Source: Iphione sp. A-MEVVRFRX5 (taxonomy: Eukaryota). From it: a DNA stretch of 64,000 nt. Where the stretch lies: assembly GCA_976226885.1 (NCBI GenBank), contig OZ320315.1, positions 51,584,001 through 51,648,000 of the forward strand. The letters run 5' to 3'. How positions within the stretch are numbered: position 1 is the stretch's first letter; each line of letters starts with the position of its first letter. The position numbers and the translations under genes were made by a program. This document shows positions 38,331 to 51,870 of this stretch, in pieces. Below the pieces are notes generated by a model. It was given only the letters and a program-made list of their open reading frames with translations. It was not told the origin of the DNA and made no database searches.

Positions 38331-39329
38331 CAGCCTTAATTTGATGTATAATATGCATATATTGTGTATGAATTAGGTATGAGGGAAGTTAAGTGACAGT
38401 ACCTACCCCCCATTCCCTACATATCCTTTGTTCATAATCAAGCTGCTTGTTTTGTAATTTAAGCTTAATATAGGACAACCTATCATGATGCCACACTTTA
38501 GTCAGTTTTCTGCATTGTTCCTATGGGACAATATTTCACCCAATTCTTCCCTTTTTATGGTATGAAACCTTTTATAATTTAACAACCACTTGTGCAATTT
38601 AAAAACTGCAAAAAGTAAAATAAAGACAAGGGTGTTCTCCATCTACTAGATATAGTTTTAACGTCATAGAAGAAATTTCAAAACGTTATATCACATTGAG
38701 AGGAAATCCTGATTATCTTACTTAACAGATGTAGAAGGTGTTTAGTTTCTGTTGTGGTAAGAATATGTTGTCCAAGTTTTACTACTGTGAAGGAGTGAAC
38801 TCAGGACACAGGCATTGTAAAGACTAATTTTAGTGTATGTACCGGGTACTTAGTTTGTAGTTTTCCCATACTCTGGTTTTGAGTCCTGCTAAAGTACTGG
38901 ATGCTTTTTACTATCTGTCTGTTTAGTTCAATGACCAGGGGGAAAAGTCAAGCACAATGTCTGGCATATGGTCATCAATTTTAAATTTTGTGCTTGGATT
39001 GCTGATGGTGCTCTACATTCAGGTACCGTTTTTAAACGATAATAATGTCAACACTAAAGTCTTTCCCATGTGATGGGATTTTAATCAGGTCATCAATATG
39101 AAACTGAAAATAATAGCCTTTTATAAACAATAGACAATCTTCCTTTGTTGTACCAATGTACTTTTATGACTTTTAAAGTTTATTTTATAACTTTGCTATA
39201 GGTTGGTCTTTTGCATTATTCTGGACATTGTGTGTTTGTTCGCTAGGTCCAATTTAGATGTAGCCATGTCCACTCTCTAGAATAGATCCCAGTCTCAACA
39301 AAAGACCTCGGCAATGGACAGTACCCTCC

Positions 39330-39510
39330 TTGGGTAAAAAGCCTTGCAGGGGCCATTCCGTGTCCAACCCATCATCCATTGCCAAATAATCCTGAGCAGT
39401 AGAGATTGCTACCTGCTCAGAAAGATATCTGAGAAGATTTCTCAACATCTCTTCTGAATCCTGATGCGAATCAGGACCAGAAAATATCTCGGAATGCCTG
39501 CACACATACT
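39330..39510 (-). pseudogene. Tigger-like transposase C-terminal scrap
   Basis: CRHSEIF..TAQDYLAMDDGLDTE resembles the pogo/Tigger tail (CWxHxxI..YVxxDDxLxTE). Confidence 0.45.
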
Positions 39511-42500
39511 ATTGTGTTAGTGGAGACTTCACTAAGAGACTTCCCAGAGGACCTGATTAGTTTTTCTGAGAGTTAAACAACCTGCGGCGTCTTAGCCTTA
39601 CTATAGTTTTGAAATTGCTTTATGCGTCTTTTTTTGTATTTTGCCTTTAAAGACGGAACGATTCCCCGTCCATGGGCTGTATGTGGCCTATTGAGCTTGA
39701 TGCGAGGTGGAGGAAAGTGAGTGGAGATCTGTGCAATGGCTGGCTCCATTATTAAACACTAAATTGAAATACCTACCATGAAGGATGCTATGGAAACCAC
39801 GAGAGAAAGTAATATCTGGTCAAACGTCTGCCATGCCTTTTTTAATTGCAAAGTTCGAAATACACTGAAAGCCAAGTGTCTTTCCAAAACATCTTGAGCT
39901 GAAGGCTTTTCAGTGACAAAAGACCTCATCTGCGGCACAATGTAATTTTTTAGCCTCTCCTTCGTTTGCTACTCTCGCACAGATACCTCGGTAGCGAGGA
40001 ATTCTGTCCATAGGGAAAGAACAATCTTATCTTATAGCTACGGAACGGATTATCAGGATAAATCTGAAGATTAGGTTGACATCTGTAGACAGTGCCTCTC
40101 CATTTAGCTGGAGACTATACTGATGCTATGCAGTAACGTATGTCATTCTACCATAGGGTGGGCGCCAGGATTTGAACAGCTCTGATTGTTACCAGACATG
40201 TTGCTGCTTGCCGCCATCTTGGGAGACTAGTACAAGTAACTATTAGTTATCACATTCTAGAATGCACTTGGCAGATCGTTTCCTAAATTTAAGGTACATA
40301 GTAAATGCAATTTCATTCACAAGACAACTTCAACATCCCTCTCATAGTGGCATTCTTTTGTTAGCTTTTTGTTGACGCATGGCCACTTGGTTGTTGGCAC
40401 TGTGAACAAAAAAATTCGTGTACATTGACCCCAGCACATGATGAATAGTAGTACACGCTTGGTAAAGCGTTCTGTTTGCCTTTATATTATGGAAAGATAG
40501 CTTATCAAAGTTCGACAAATGGCATAATCGAAGCAAAAAATACGAACCTTTTGTAGTGTGTATCTGTCTAAGTTAGCAGTAATGAGCTTCTCAGATATGA
40601 GTTCTCGCAAAGAAGGATGTCCCCACAGGTAACAGGTTGCAAGTACAAGGAACATCTTTATTCAACTCTTATTTTGCTCTTGTATACTCATGTGTCCTAG
40701 TGGCTTTGAGATGCCATTTTGCACTAAACTATATTTTACTATGATTTGTGATCCTATTTTTTACAGTAACACTAACATTTATATAATTCGGAATACTCCT
40801 TGTACCTTGATACTGTATATTGAAAAGATATGCCAGACCATTCTATCTTAACTTAATGGGCCTTTCATCCTTTCACAGTTATAATGAATAACACACCAAT
40901 ATCAGAATATTCCAGGCTACTCTTAGTAACACGATGGGCGAGACCTGCATTTATCACCCTATGAAGAAAACATTTTGTTGCTGCCTCTTGCATTTGAAAA
41001 GTTGAGGACATCAAAGTACATGTACATGTAGCGAGCCCCCACATGTACATTTCTCACTTAAAGCAGACGCCAAGGATTATACCTGATGTTTACTAGAAGC
41101 ATGCACCTTCACTTAATAGGAAATAGGTACTTTTGACATTCCAGCAGGAAGTATATCTAGATATTTACAGGCGAATGCTGATACACTGATTCCCTTTCAA
41201 GGAGATCCCATTTTCAGCGTGCAGCTTTCTTTGAATCTGTGTCAATCACCTAGATGACTCCATCACATCTAGACCCTAAGACGTCCGATGCGTTTCGTCT
41301 CTCCACCCTCAGACTTTAAGTCCCCCCTACCGACCTCCGACCTCCCGTACTCCTTGACTGGACCAGGAGGTGGGTGGCTGGGGCACCCTGCGAGTCTACT
41401 GCAGGAATTCGAATAACGTGACCAGATTGGGAAAAAACTCTGAGGCTGTTACTCTTCAGTTGCCCCGGCTCGTGGTTTACATCCTTCTAGAGTGTAATCA
41501 ATGCAAGTTTATGTAGGATATAGTCACAGCTGATGTACCTGGACTGGCGGGAGCGTTCAGGACATGGGTGGTTGTCTGCTGAGTTCAGGGTGCGAAGAAG
41601 GGCAGTACAGAGATCCTATCCTTTTTTAACCTACAGGACCGGAAAGATCCATCTTGCTGGTCGCTTGGAAGCCCGAGCTATATAGACAGCCTATCAATGG
41701 CGGTATTAACTAAACACAAAAACTCAACCCAACACATTTAGCGAGCCATTGCAACGCGAATATCGAGGAGAAAAACGACAGTTTTATGGCGACTGATGGC
41801 CCTACTAATAGTCCACATTGCCAAGCAAAAACTCCTTTGATGGTTTGTTTCGGACGATGTGTCCAATTATAAAGTGCTACTCCCTGCAAAGATAAAAGGC
41901 TGCCTGGTAGTGGTGAATAGGGCGTTGGGATGGCAGCATCGACCTATCCCCTTCCGTGGTCCATAGGTTGCTATCCCTTATTGGATTACAGGACGGCAGC
42001 CTGCATTACGCAGAGGAAAGGGTGTTGATGCGTTATATCCGAGTGCGCTTGGATCGGCGCGAGCCGCCTCTCGCCAGATCAACCTTCATCGACAGATGTA
42101 ATCGTACATGATCGTCCCAAAGGCATTACTCGTAGCCAGGCGATCCTCTCGGTTTTTTTCCCGGTGAAGCACTCGCACGAGACATATGTACTTTATATGC
42201 TCCCGTTCATAAGAATACGCTTCAGTGTATGACGGTGAGGTACGTCACCGTTCCTCTCATCCAATGATGCGTTATACAGACATGAACGATGATTTCAAAA
42301 CGAAATTATACGTTGTAGAATTTGAGGTTCATGACTAACCGTATTTTCACAAAACTGCGCTTCTGCCTTAGGGGATACTTTCAAAGTGAATGTAAACGAA
42401 TAGAAATTTTCTAGATCTCTCATCAACCTTCAGCACACGGTCTCTACACCTCTTTCCTCCTCGCTGCGCGTCGTTCGACGACACTTTCAGACATGTGGGA

Positions 42501-43903
42501 GAGTTTCAGAGCCAGAGGTGTAGGATCTGGGTGTGAGTAGCCATTACTGGCTCACCTGGGCCACACCTGAGCCTGTAACCCTATCAATAATGAAGAAAGC
42601 ATAGCGCAGCGACTCATTTAACGCGACCTTTGCATGTAGCACCTGTGTTTCCTTTATGCTTATAGTAAAGGTCAATATCAACAGCCCAAGTATGATCGAT
42701 GGCTTGTGTTTATATACGCACATCAGGAATAATATAACGAGTGTTCTACATCATTATGTATGAGGCATGCTCAGATTATATGTCTACATAAAGGTTTGGT
42801 TATCATACTTTTAGCATGCTGTAAATACTATTACATGTAGTTACATGCATAAATCTTTGCAGTCCCACAATAAATTATTTCCTTTGACCTCTACAACAAT
42901 TTTGTAACTGACAGCAATCTTTCCATATGCATGTACTTTTCTCCCGACATATTTTGTTTAATTGTTCACCTCACTGGGACTTTCTCAATAAAAGTGAATA
43001 CAACTCCACAAGACGTGTCATTGATCAATGATAACTGTCAGTGTAGATGCTTTTAACAGCCTCCAATCCGATGATTAAACTGTGGGATAGGCCTTGGTCA
43101 ACAGAGCCGTGTTGTGTTAGGTGACTGTGGAATGCAGCGTAGCGACTATGCCGACCACAGAATCAATGAGTGACTCCTGGTCTGTTACAGATAACCTTAC
43201 CTATAAGGCAGATACCTGTGGGGCCTTGGCTCAGCTAGCGGTCCAAGCGCCTACCGCATATCTGGTTTGCCCCTTACCCAAACGGATGACCTAGTTCTCA
43301 CGCTCCAGCTCATAGTTGATCCCATGATGCCGACTAAACTTTCAAGCAAAATTCCTCTCCTTATGTTGGCGTAGTGGACGTGTACCGTGCTGTACGTCTA
43401 TCTGGGAGATGCATTAAGCAGAGCGCTGTAAACACGGAAGTACGTGAGTACTGGGATCACCGACGGGGGAAATCCAACAAGATGTTCAAGCAAGTCGAGT
43501 ACATGTAAGCTCATTATTTGGATAATTATTTTGGCGTGAACGTAATTTGAAAACATGCAGCACATCTAAAGGGAAGAACGTCATAAGCTACACTCTATTG
43601 ATAAACAACCTCTAATTCCACAGGGCACATCTAAGGCTAGTCTAAATATACAATCTTGACTCTACAGTCAAGGAAAAGCATGGGCTTCCTTTAGTTTCTG
43701 TCGTTTTCTTCCTCCGGTATCAATCTGTTGGACGTAGTTTTTTCCCTTTCGCCAGAGAGTTGCGGGGTTTGGATCCCTATGATCAGCAATTCAGAAAGCC
43801 AGGAGCGGATGTGCCCGCGGGGACCACCTGTGGGGACGATACTTCATGCCGAGAGAGAAACCGCCTCCTGGACTATCCCCGGGGAGATTCACTGGCCAGC
43901 TTA

Positions 43904-43920
43904 CGTCCCCCTAGCGGCCA
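43904..43920 (-). promoter_or_regulatory. CTCF-like motif
   Basis: TGGCCGCTAGGGGGACG matches the CCRSYAGRKGGC core with one deviation. Sequence match only. Confidence 0.3.
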
Positions 43921-46049
43921 GTCAACACTCCACAACAACAGTGGTTTTATTGCTGTAAGAGGCGAAGAAGACGCAGACTGAACACTTGCAACCTGGAGGG
44001 TGACGCCACTGCCGTGCAGTAAACTCTCTAGAGCCCCGTCGACATGTGGTAAGTGGAAGAAAAAGACAGACACACCCTAATAGTTAACATATCAGGCTTT
44101 TAGAGTGCATTTGTAATGCTTGTTTCTCGATAAGTTACATTTTACCTGCGTCCTTGTGACACTATTAAGAGGTTCCAAAGTAATAACCATTTCTGCAAAT
44201 ATTACAGCAATATGATAGAGAATTACTGTGAAAAACAGATTTTAGTGCACTTTTTCCTAAGTAAAGCCTCAAAAAGGGCCCGTTATCACTTAGCGTTTTG
44301 AACAAACTGTAAATCAGTCACAGTTCTATAGTTTTAAATATAGCTTACAATTTCTGTGTTTGAAACATTCATATGCTAGGCAACATTCAAATCTCAAAAC
44401 CTATTTATGCTATAATATATATACAAGAATTCATTTACAGTACAATGCCATAGTTGCTACAAGATACGTGTATTTGTAACGAAGGTGTAATGAAAATCTG
44501 AGGTCTGAATGTATTGAGGTTGGCATTGTGCAATAATGTTGCTTGTTGCAAAAAAAAGATCAAGTTTTAATCCAGATTATGTAGGCAAACTGAAGTGTAC
44601 AATGTTTCTCCTCGGGTAATAAATTCTTACTAATCATAAAATATGTAATCAACCCAGTTGTACTCTCACACGAGTAAGCCAATCTAACACTTTTTAGTGT
44701 CCAAATACCTTGATGCGTTGATGTATTGGTTAGTCCTCATATTCATACAAATGTTTGTGTCCAGCATCAAATTAATTCGGATGGTTGCCTATCCTTGTTG
44801 TCCTACCCGACCGACCAACTGAACCAAGAGAGGCACATGCTCTGCCTCTAGTGACCAGCAGCCACCTTAGCGGGCACTTCGTAGGTCAGCAATATGTATG
44901 AGTCAATATGCTCTGCTACGTAGATCCACTGCCCTTCCCAACAAGAGGCCTCAGACTTGTGTCCATTTAAAGGAAGATGTATATGTAGTAGATATTTATA
45001 TGTATACTAAATAATCCGTGCGGATTTCCATACGTATAACTAGCTCACAGAATTTCTAAAATATATTCCATAGGGACATGTACATATGTGCTGTTATTTC
45101 ATTGCAATGTACTGCTACACCGGTTCCGGATTCCCCATGTGAACGAAATATTTCTTCCAGTGTATCCAAGCAACCTCTAGTTATGAAAATTGGTTTCCAC
45201 TTATGTAAATTATTTTTTGCCCCAGAAACACTCAAGGGTCTTGATTTACGTTTCTCTCCCATTTACCTATAATGACATCAGGGACTTCATGTGTGTTATA
45301 TAGTCCAGAATGACGTGCAGTCTTTAGATCTATTGATGGCTCTGAATAAATTACCAGGTGAGCATTAGAGGCGGAGATGATGTGGTCTGATCTCGCGTGC
45401 AGGTACGTGCTGGCGACAAAGGCAATATGCACTCGTCTGTACCACAGTACAATGTAATTAGCAAATAGCATGACTTCTTGAACTGCTGCCCATGATATCT
45501 GAGAACATGTTGACAACGCAACAAGATACGTCTTCTAACAGACACTTACTGCAGATAAAACTTAAGACGCTATCCTACCTACAGTGTATGTGCTTCATGA
45601 AAGATATACTGTATATATTTAGGTAGGGTTTGTTTCTCATGAAGCTACGGCAAATTGCTTTTGAAGGAGGTCTTCTCTCATTGAGACCAATATCATATCA
45701 TTTTCCGTGTTTATACTTTATCTTGTCCTACTAGCACGATGCCTCATACTTAGAGTTTAAGGGTCAATGACGTTATAATTTTCTGTTCAGGTTTTCCTTC
45801 CTATATTTAGATTATCTGTACATATCTCGACTGATTCGATTACCGGATCCTAAGAGCATGTTTTTGTCAAATGGTTTTAAAACAAGAAGTCCACAACAAT
45901 TAGAGTGGCTTACCTGGATCTCTCCACAAGCGAAGTGTGAGTGATGTGGCTGATAACCCATAACGAAATGGGGGGAACAGTATACCTCAGCTGACTTCAG
46001 CAGTTGCGTCTTTGCCTTCAAAGTCTGTTCCTTACTACCTCCTATTCAC

Positions 46050-46400
46050 ACTGCCTGCCTGGCGCGCAATGCAAGCCCCTTACCATCAACAGAGACTGGT
46101 TTCCATGGGAGCGCGCTGACCGGGGGCACGACCAGGGTGATGGAGTGAGGCAGATCGAGAGGGCGGGCCGTTTTGTAGGAGGCGGATATTGAGATGTGTG
46201 GAAGCGAGAACGAGCGAGCAGCCGGGGCCTAGCTGGCCACCTCTTGGTGCGCTCGGCCTCCGCCGCGTGTCTCCCGCCCAGGAGCAGCTCGCGGATCCAC
46301 GTGAGTGTGTTGATGTGAGTGTTTGTTGTGAATTCCCCTATCGCAGCCAATCCTCAAGTCGGATGGCTGCCGGACGCTGCGGGGGGTTCTTTGCAGAATA
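46050..46400. promoter_or_regulatory. CpG/GC-rich segment, possible bidirectional promoter
   Basis: Local CpG enrichment, GGGCGG GC-box, outward-facing donors GTAAGG (-, exon end 46084) and GTGAGT (+, 46301). Confidence 0.4.
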
Positions 46401-47627
46401 TTTCTCAACCTGATGATCCGTTGTAAAAGTAACGAAATGGTAAGTTTTGCACAAGCCTAATTGCCTAATTATTTGTTCCATCACAGCAATTTCATTCCGT
46501 GATGTTTCTCAGTAGATGTACTTATCCACTACTCAACACGGACTAATGATATGTATATACGACGATGGTAGAACTGCTACTTATTACAAAGCCTACAGCA
46601 GCTTTCAGTTCAAGAATGTGTATGTATGGGCGAGGGGGGGCGACATTCTATTCTATATAATGATTTATTTTAAGGCCTGCATTCACTCATGTGCAATAAT
46701 TGCATCTCTAGTGCGATTGGCTTCCTGTGCTAAGCATGTATGGTTTTGTTGCTCGGATCCTTCCACGGCGGATGGCCTTCCTTGAGTACGATTGACCAAA
46801 ATGGATCTTTGGAGCAAACTCCATTTGGCCAGTAAGCCGACCACATGGCCTCTTCAACGAGTGCCATTGATGCTTTCCCCAGGGCTTAATTGTCCTCATC
46901 ACATGCGCAGTCGATGCCTCGCTTTCCACCCGCCACCGTTTCTGTTACCTTGCCCTTCCATCCCATAATTTCTTCCTTCCATTCTCGAAAGGCCAAGTGC
47001 GCAGGCGTAGGATATTGATTTCCTGTGCCTTTAAGGGGGTTAGTCCTATCTGCCACTAAGCGGTCTCAAAGTCCGCTGAACCACTCAGGTTTGTGTGTCG
47101 TGACTCTTTTCTAGACGAAGAATAGTTCTTCTGTTATACTGTAAGGAACTCCCCGTCTCAGTTGAAGAAGTGACTCGTTCTCCTGCCAATAAGTTTCAAT
47201 CTATCAATGTGCTCTCAAAACTAATCCTAGTTGACTTGTCTCTCTGTGACACATGATACCATTTCTTTCTTTTTGGAACTCATAATCAGTCATTCAACAA
47301 GGGTTTTGCATTGTATCGAATCAGCATCTAGAAGAGAAAATCCATTCTTTATTACATTTTAACTGGTGAAATGCCTGGCAATATCAAGGTAGGATCGGTG
47401 TTAAACTTGGTGCTAAAACGAAAAGGTCTGGAATACCCGCATAATTTCACGTCAAATTACAAAAGATCAAACCGGAGTGGTGGCTTCACACGGGCCATCC
47501 GCCATGTCAGCCTTGCGCGTTTGATGGTAGACAGGAAGTGGGTCTCACACGTCATGCCCACGGCACCGTCATCAATCATGCGCCACCAAGCGGCATGCCG
47601 GCGAATCGCTGACTCGCGCAGACGGAT

Positions 47628-47644
47628 GCCGCTAGAGGGCGCCA
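47628..47644 (+). promoter_or_regulatory. CTCF-like motif
   Basis: GCCGCTAGAGGGCGCCA is a near-perfect consensus match. Confidence 0.45.
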
Positions 47645-48099
47645 GAAGCACTCGCGACCGTAACAGACATGGCGCCTGGGCATTTTTCTCTGCTGTAGCG
47701 CAGAGCACGAATTAAGTGTCTCATTTGGTGATCAATGTGAGGAGTCATACTCGCTTATGATGCCACTAGTGCTATGAGTAATGTTCATCTGTTAGATCTA
47801 TCACATAAGCTGGTCTGTATTAATTTTGCATTTAAATGGAGCGTGTGGCAGACTTGTTTCAGAATTGTTTCGACCTTCATGGCCATTTGAAAAAAAACAC
47901 ATAAGGAATAATTTCGCTAAACTTGATAACTTACTTCAAATGTTTTATATCAAACTAACCCATATCAACCACCAGAAATCAAACATAAATATTATAGACA
48001 AAGAGTAAATCAGTGGCAGATACTTGACATTTATTACATATGTTTCAATTTAAGAGTATGTTCTATCATTTGCGAATAATCAACCTAGAATTAACCTAG

Positions 48100-49930
48100 A
48101 ATTCGTATACGATTCACTTCAAGTTCATCCCTAATAAAACTCATCAACGAAACTAATTCTAGATTCCTTTCGTGTGGCTCGTGAAACGCAAGCGGCTCTT
48201 CTGTGACTTCAATATCCAGTAACGAAGTGCATTAAAATAAGCCGTTTCCCCGCTGAAACGAGCCTTTTTGACACGTCCTTTACCATTTCCCATGTGGGGC
48301 ACCTCATCGGTAGTATTACTGTGTGGCAGAAATAGGCAATTAGTGACATTCTTAGCTTCACAGGGAGAACATAATCACGTCGTTCACGCCATCCTACCTC
48401 GAAGCAACTCACTCAAAAACCAAATGATCCCGACGTGTTATACATGATTATTATATCGTGCCTACTCGAATACTTCATGGTACAAGTCTCTTCGATCGCT
48501 CCCAATTTTCTCCGCCTGAACTGTTTATATATTGTTATATTTACTTCAGTTGTGATGAATCAGGACCATTTAGTCCTATAGGTTCAACTTCAGTATCAAC
48601 ACAGTGTGACAAATTCTCATTGCATTTTTATATGACAGACACTTCATTCTTTTGAACAAATATATACTTCCCGCTGTTCTCTTCCCTATGTATTGACAAT
48701 GCATACTCCCTGTTAGTCGTTCATCAATAACAAAACCCAAATAATTGTAGCCCTCAGATTTGGACAGTGCCTTCTCCCCTATTTTCACTCCTCATAATCC
48801 TTGCCCTTTACCCATCCAAATAAAAAACATAGCATACTTACATTTTTTTAATATTCAAACATATTTACAGTTGAAACCTTATTTACAACCACATCGATAT
48901 GCGACCAAACTGTACTTCAGACGTTTTTAGATGTGAACAGAAGTATTGATTTCTATAATTAAGTTACCTATTTGCGACCAAACTCACCATTAAAACCACG
49001 TTTAACTGGAACCAAGTGATGGTCACAAAGAGTATTTCAACTATATTACAACATGAGTATACCACCTCAAAGTCCTTATTTGTCTCAGCTAAAACCTCTT
49101 CAAAGTACTGTATCTCACACAAGAACCGAATCATCTTTATACAAGTCCGGGTAACAAGCAATTACCTTTAGTCCATGCATAACATGTACCCTGTCCGTCA
49201 AGGCTATAATGGCGTCCCCCGTTGACCTCCCCCCACCCCGAAACCTTTCTGCCCCTCAAAGAGCATACCATTTTCCTCTAGATACATAATTCATCCTGAA
49301 TTCTCCTCCAGCTTTTCTCTGGTTCCTTATTATCATGTCTTTGTAATGCATCCTGCTTTCTTTCAGTGCAAAGCTAACCTTTTTAGATTCCCCTTTACTA
49401 TTCCCACCATTTCCCCTTTTGTGGTGAGTGAACATATATCATTCAGTACCCTCAGTACCTTCTATTGTTCATTCACTCCTTTAAGATGGTCCAGGACACC
49501 CCAATCAAAACTGCGAAGCAGTTTCCTGAGTAGCAGCCTATCATATTTCTTATGTTACGAAGCTTTTTTCTTCTAATACTCTACTCCTTTCTGTACTCTA
49601 GCCAAATCAGGTGGTGGTAACTCACAAACCATTGTGATGTCTATTGCTTCAATGTCTCCGTCACTAATATTGGTTGTTATTTCGCCTCATAAATCAGTAG
49701 TTACATATACCAGCATCCCTCCTCCCGTTTTATCCCTATCCCTATTGAGTCGAAAAATGTCATACACATCCCAGAGTAGCATCTGAAATATTACTATCTA
49801 ACCACGTTTCCTGTAGCATAAGACAGTCATAATTTTTCCAGGCTAAAACCTTTACCCCTGGCTGTTTGTGGAAGAAGCTCCGTACATTTAACATCCTAAC
49901 TTAATTCCCAATTCATCTCCTACCATACCA
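48100..49930 (-). mobile_element. Decayed L2/CR1-like LINE ORF2 with internal deletions
   Basis: LQETWLDSNISD..DIFRLNRDR..GGGMLVYV (APE); YLEENGML..QKGF; LYKDDSVL (YADD); YNYLGFVIDERL..HC; VGWRERR. Confidence 0.8.
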
Positions 49931-51406
49931 GGCATGGTAACAGAATATTAACTCACCAAGATTATTAACATAAATATAAAACTATCGTAAATAGAAGATG
50001 TCTGGGAAATCCAATGGCACAAGAACTGCAACTAAACTTTAGACTGCACAGGAAATGGCCAAACAGTTAGTGCCAATATATTGTTTCTCCTGTATAGACA
50101 TGCAGACATTCTTTTACAAGCATGTACTTTGAACCTTTCTTGGAAAGAAATCGTTAATTCTCACCACAAAACATATTCGTTGTTAAGGTATCGAGCAATA
50201 ACGCCTATTGCTCGCAACACCTGAAATACTTTACTGTTATTTTGAAAAGCACAGCCTGATTGCTTCGTTTTTTTTATAGCGCTGGTAATGTTAACAGGAA
50301 AATAAATGAGGGTCGCGTACGCAGGTCACGAAGTCCCCCTTGATCAGGCTAATCAGTGTAACGTATTACTTCTCGGTTGGTTGGAACACTAATAACGAAT
50401 AATTAATTCCGGGAGATGTGAGCAGAAAGAAACACACTTTAGGCTACTGGTATAAACGTCACATCAAAGTCTTCGATACAATATTATTTTTGTTCATTTA
50501 AGCTTAATTTTGTCATCATCTCTCTATCCCCCAGTCTCAAATGGTGTTTGAAAGAGGCGAGGTTCTACAAAAGGCAGCATAACGCAAAAGCATATTTCTT
50601 CTTAAAACATGCCCGTAAAGTCACCATTAATAGAACTATTCTGTATAAACCGTTCTTTCTCTATGTTTTCCGGTAACTCTTTGTTGTCTTTCTTGGATTT
50701 GACTCAAATATTTACCGGCTTAGGGGATACGGTAGCCAGACTCATTAGTAGGTACAGGTGAGGGGCTTTGCCACCAACTAGGCCCTCGCTGCATAAGAGG
50801 AAGGTCGAGGGTCCATACAAACGAGGGGTCTGCAGCTGCTCGGCTGCCTGTCTCATGTGCTCACATGGTTGTCGAATGAGCTGCTCGCCCTAAATGGGGA
50901 AGTCTTGCTCAGAACAGATAACTGGTCTCCTGCAGAGGACGGTGCTCCAAAGCCAGCTGATTACCGTCTTGGAGGTGCATCCCTGTCGCCATGAATGAGG
51001 CAAACTGACTGCGCCAGACAGTACTCGAGAAGTGTATCCTCCACAGGGGCACGTTACAAAATTCGATGCCAACTTCCAGGGGTGAATCAAGGGGTGCGTT
51101 TGACAGTTGACGGGTTAAGAGCTTTGTACACATTTCCCATCTAACCCATTTCTTTACCTGTGGCAGTTCACAATGTCACAAGCCCGAAGGTCACATTTTC
51201 CTTATTAATGCTAGAGATAAAGATTATTTTTAAAGATGTTTATTATAGTATGTCTTAGTCTAAGGAACAACTAATGGAATGCATTCGTTTAAATCAAAAA
51301 GAAATGTCCACACCAGTGTCATACTCCAAGTACAATAAAGTACCTTATTAAGGTGTTGTAGCTCTTTAATAAAAAGGTGCCTTAATTGTCTGATCTAATC
51401 AGATTA

Positions 51407-51870
51407 CAGAGGAACCTCGCTATCCGGAGTACCTCGGGATTACAATATTTTGTATGGACGGCAAATAATCCGGAATGGGAAAAAGCGACTCATACATCTC
51501 CTGGAGGGGGAAACTGTCATAAAAGTAAAGTATTGGAACCTAATTTATATTGAAGAATATTATTGGTACATGGAGATTGAGGCAAATTCCATGGAGAAAG
51601 TGTCAAAAACAGCAAATTTCAAGGAGAAAGTGACAAAAATGGCTATTTCATGGAGATTGAGACAAATTCCATGGAGAAAGTGCCAAAACAAATTTCAAGG
51701 AGAAAGTGACAAAAAATGGCAAATCTCTGGGAGAAACTGTGGATGAACCCTTGTTAGTCACTCTTTGTTCTCTTACTTTAGGCTGTTATGTAATTGCTTC
51801 ATGCGTCTGTACATATTTGACTTTTAACCTCTGTTAATTGCTCTGTGTTCTGTTGTTTCTACGTTTACCA
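51407..51870. mobile_element. Non-autonomous Tc1/mariner(pogo)-like element, copy 2
   Basis: TA|CAGAGGAACCTCGCTATCCGGAGTAC; same CATGGAGATTGAGGCAAATTCCATGG satellite and distal block as 12132-13165. Right end approximate. Confidence 0.6.

Noticed and set aside
43220-43280. tRNA or tRNA-derived SINE
   Set aside because: An A-box-like sequence is present, but there is no proper B-box and no cloverleaf.
43756-43954. Plus-strand coding exon (ELRGLDPYDQQ...)
   Set aside because: Splice sites are plausible, but there are no partner exons, an equally good minus-strand exon overlaps it, and the peptide is uninformative.
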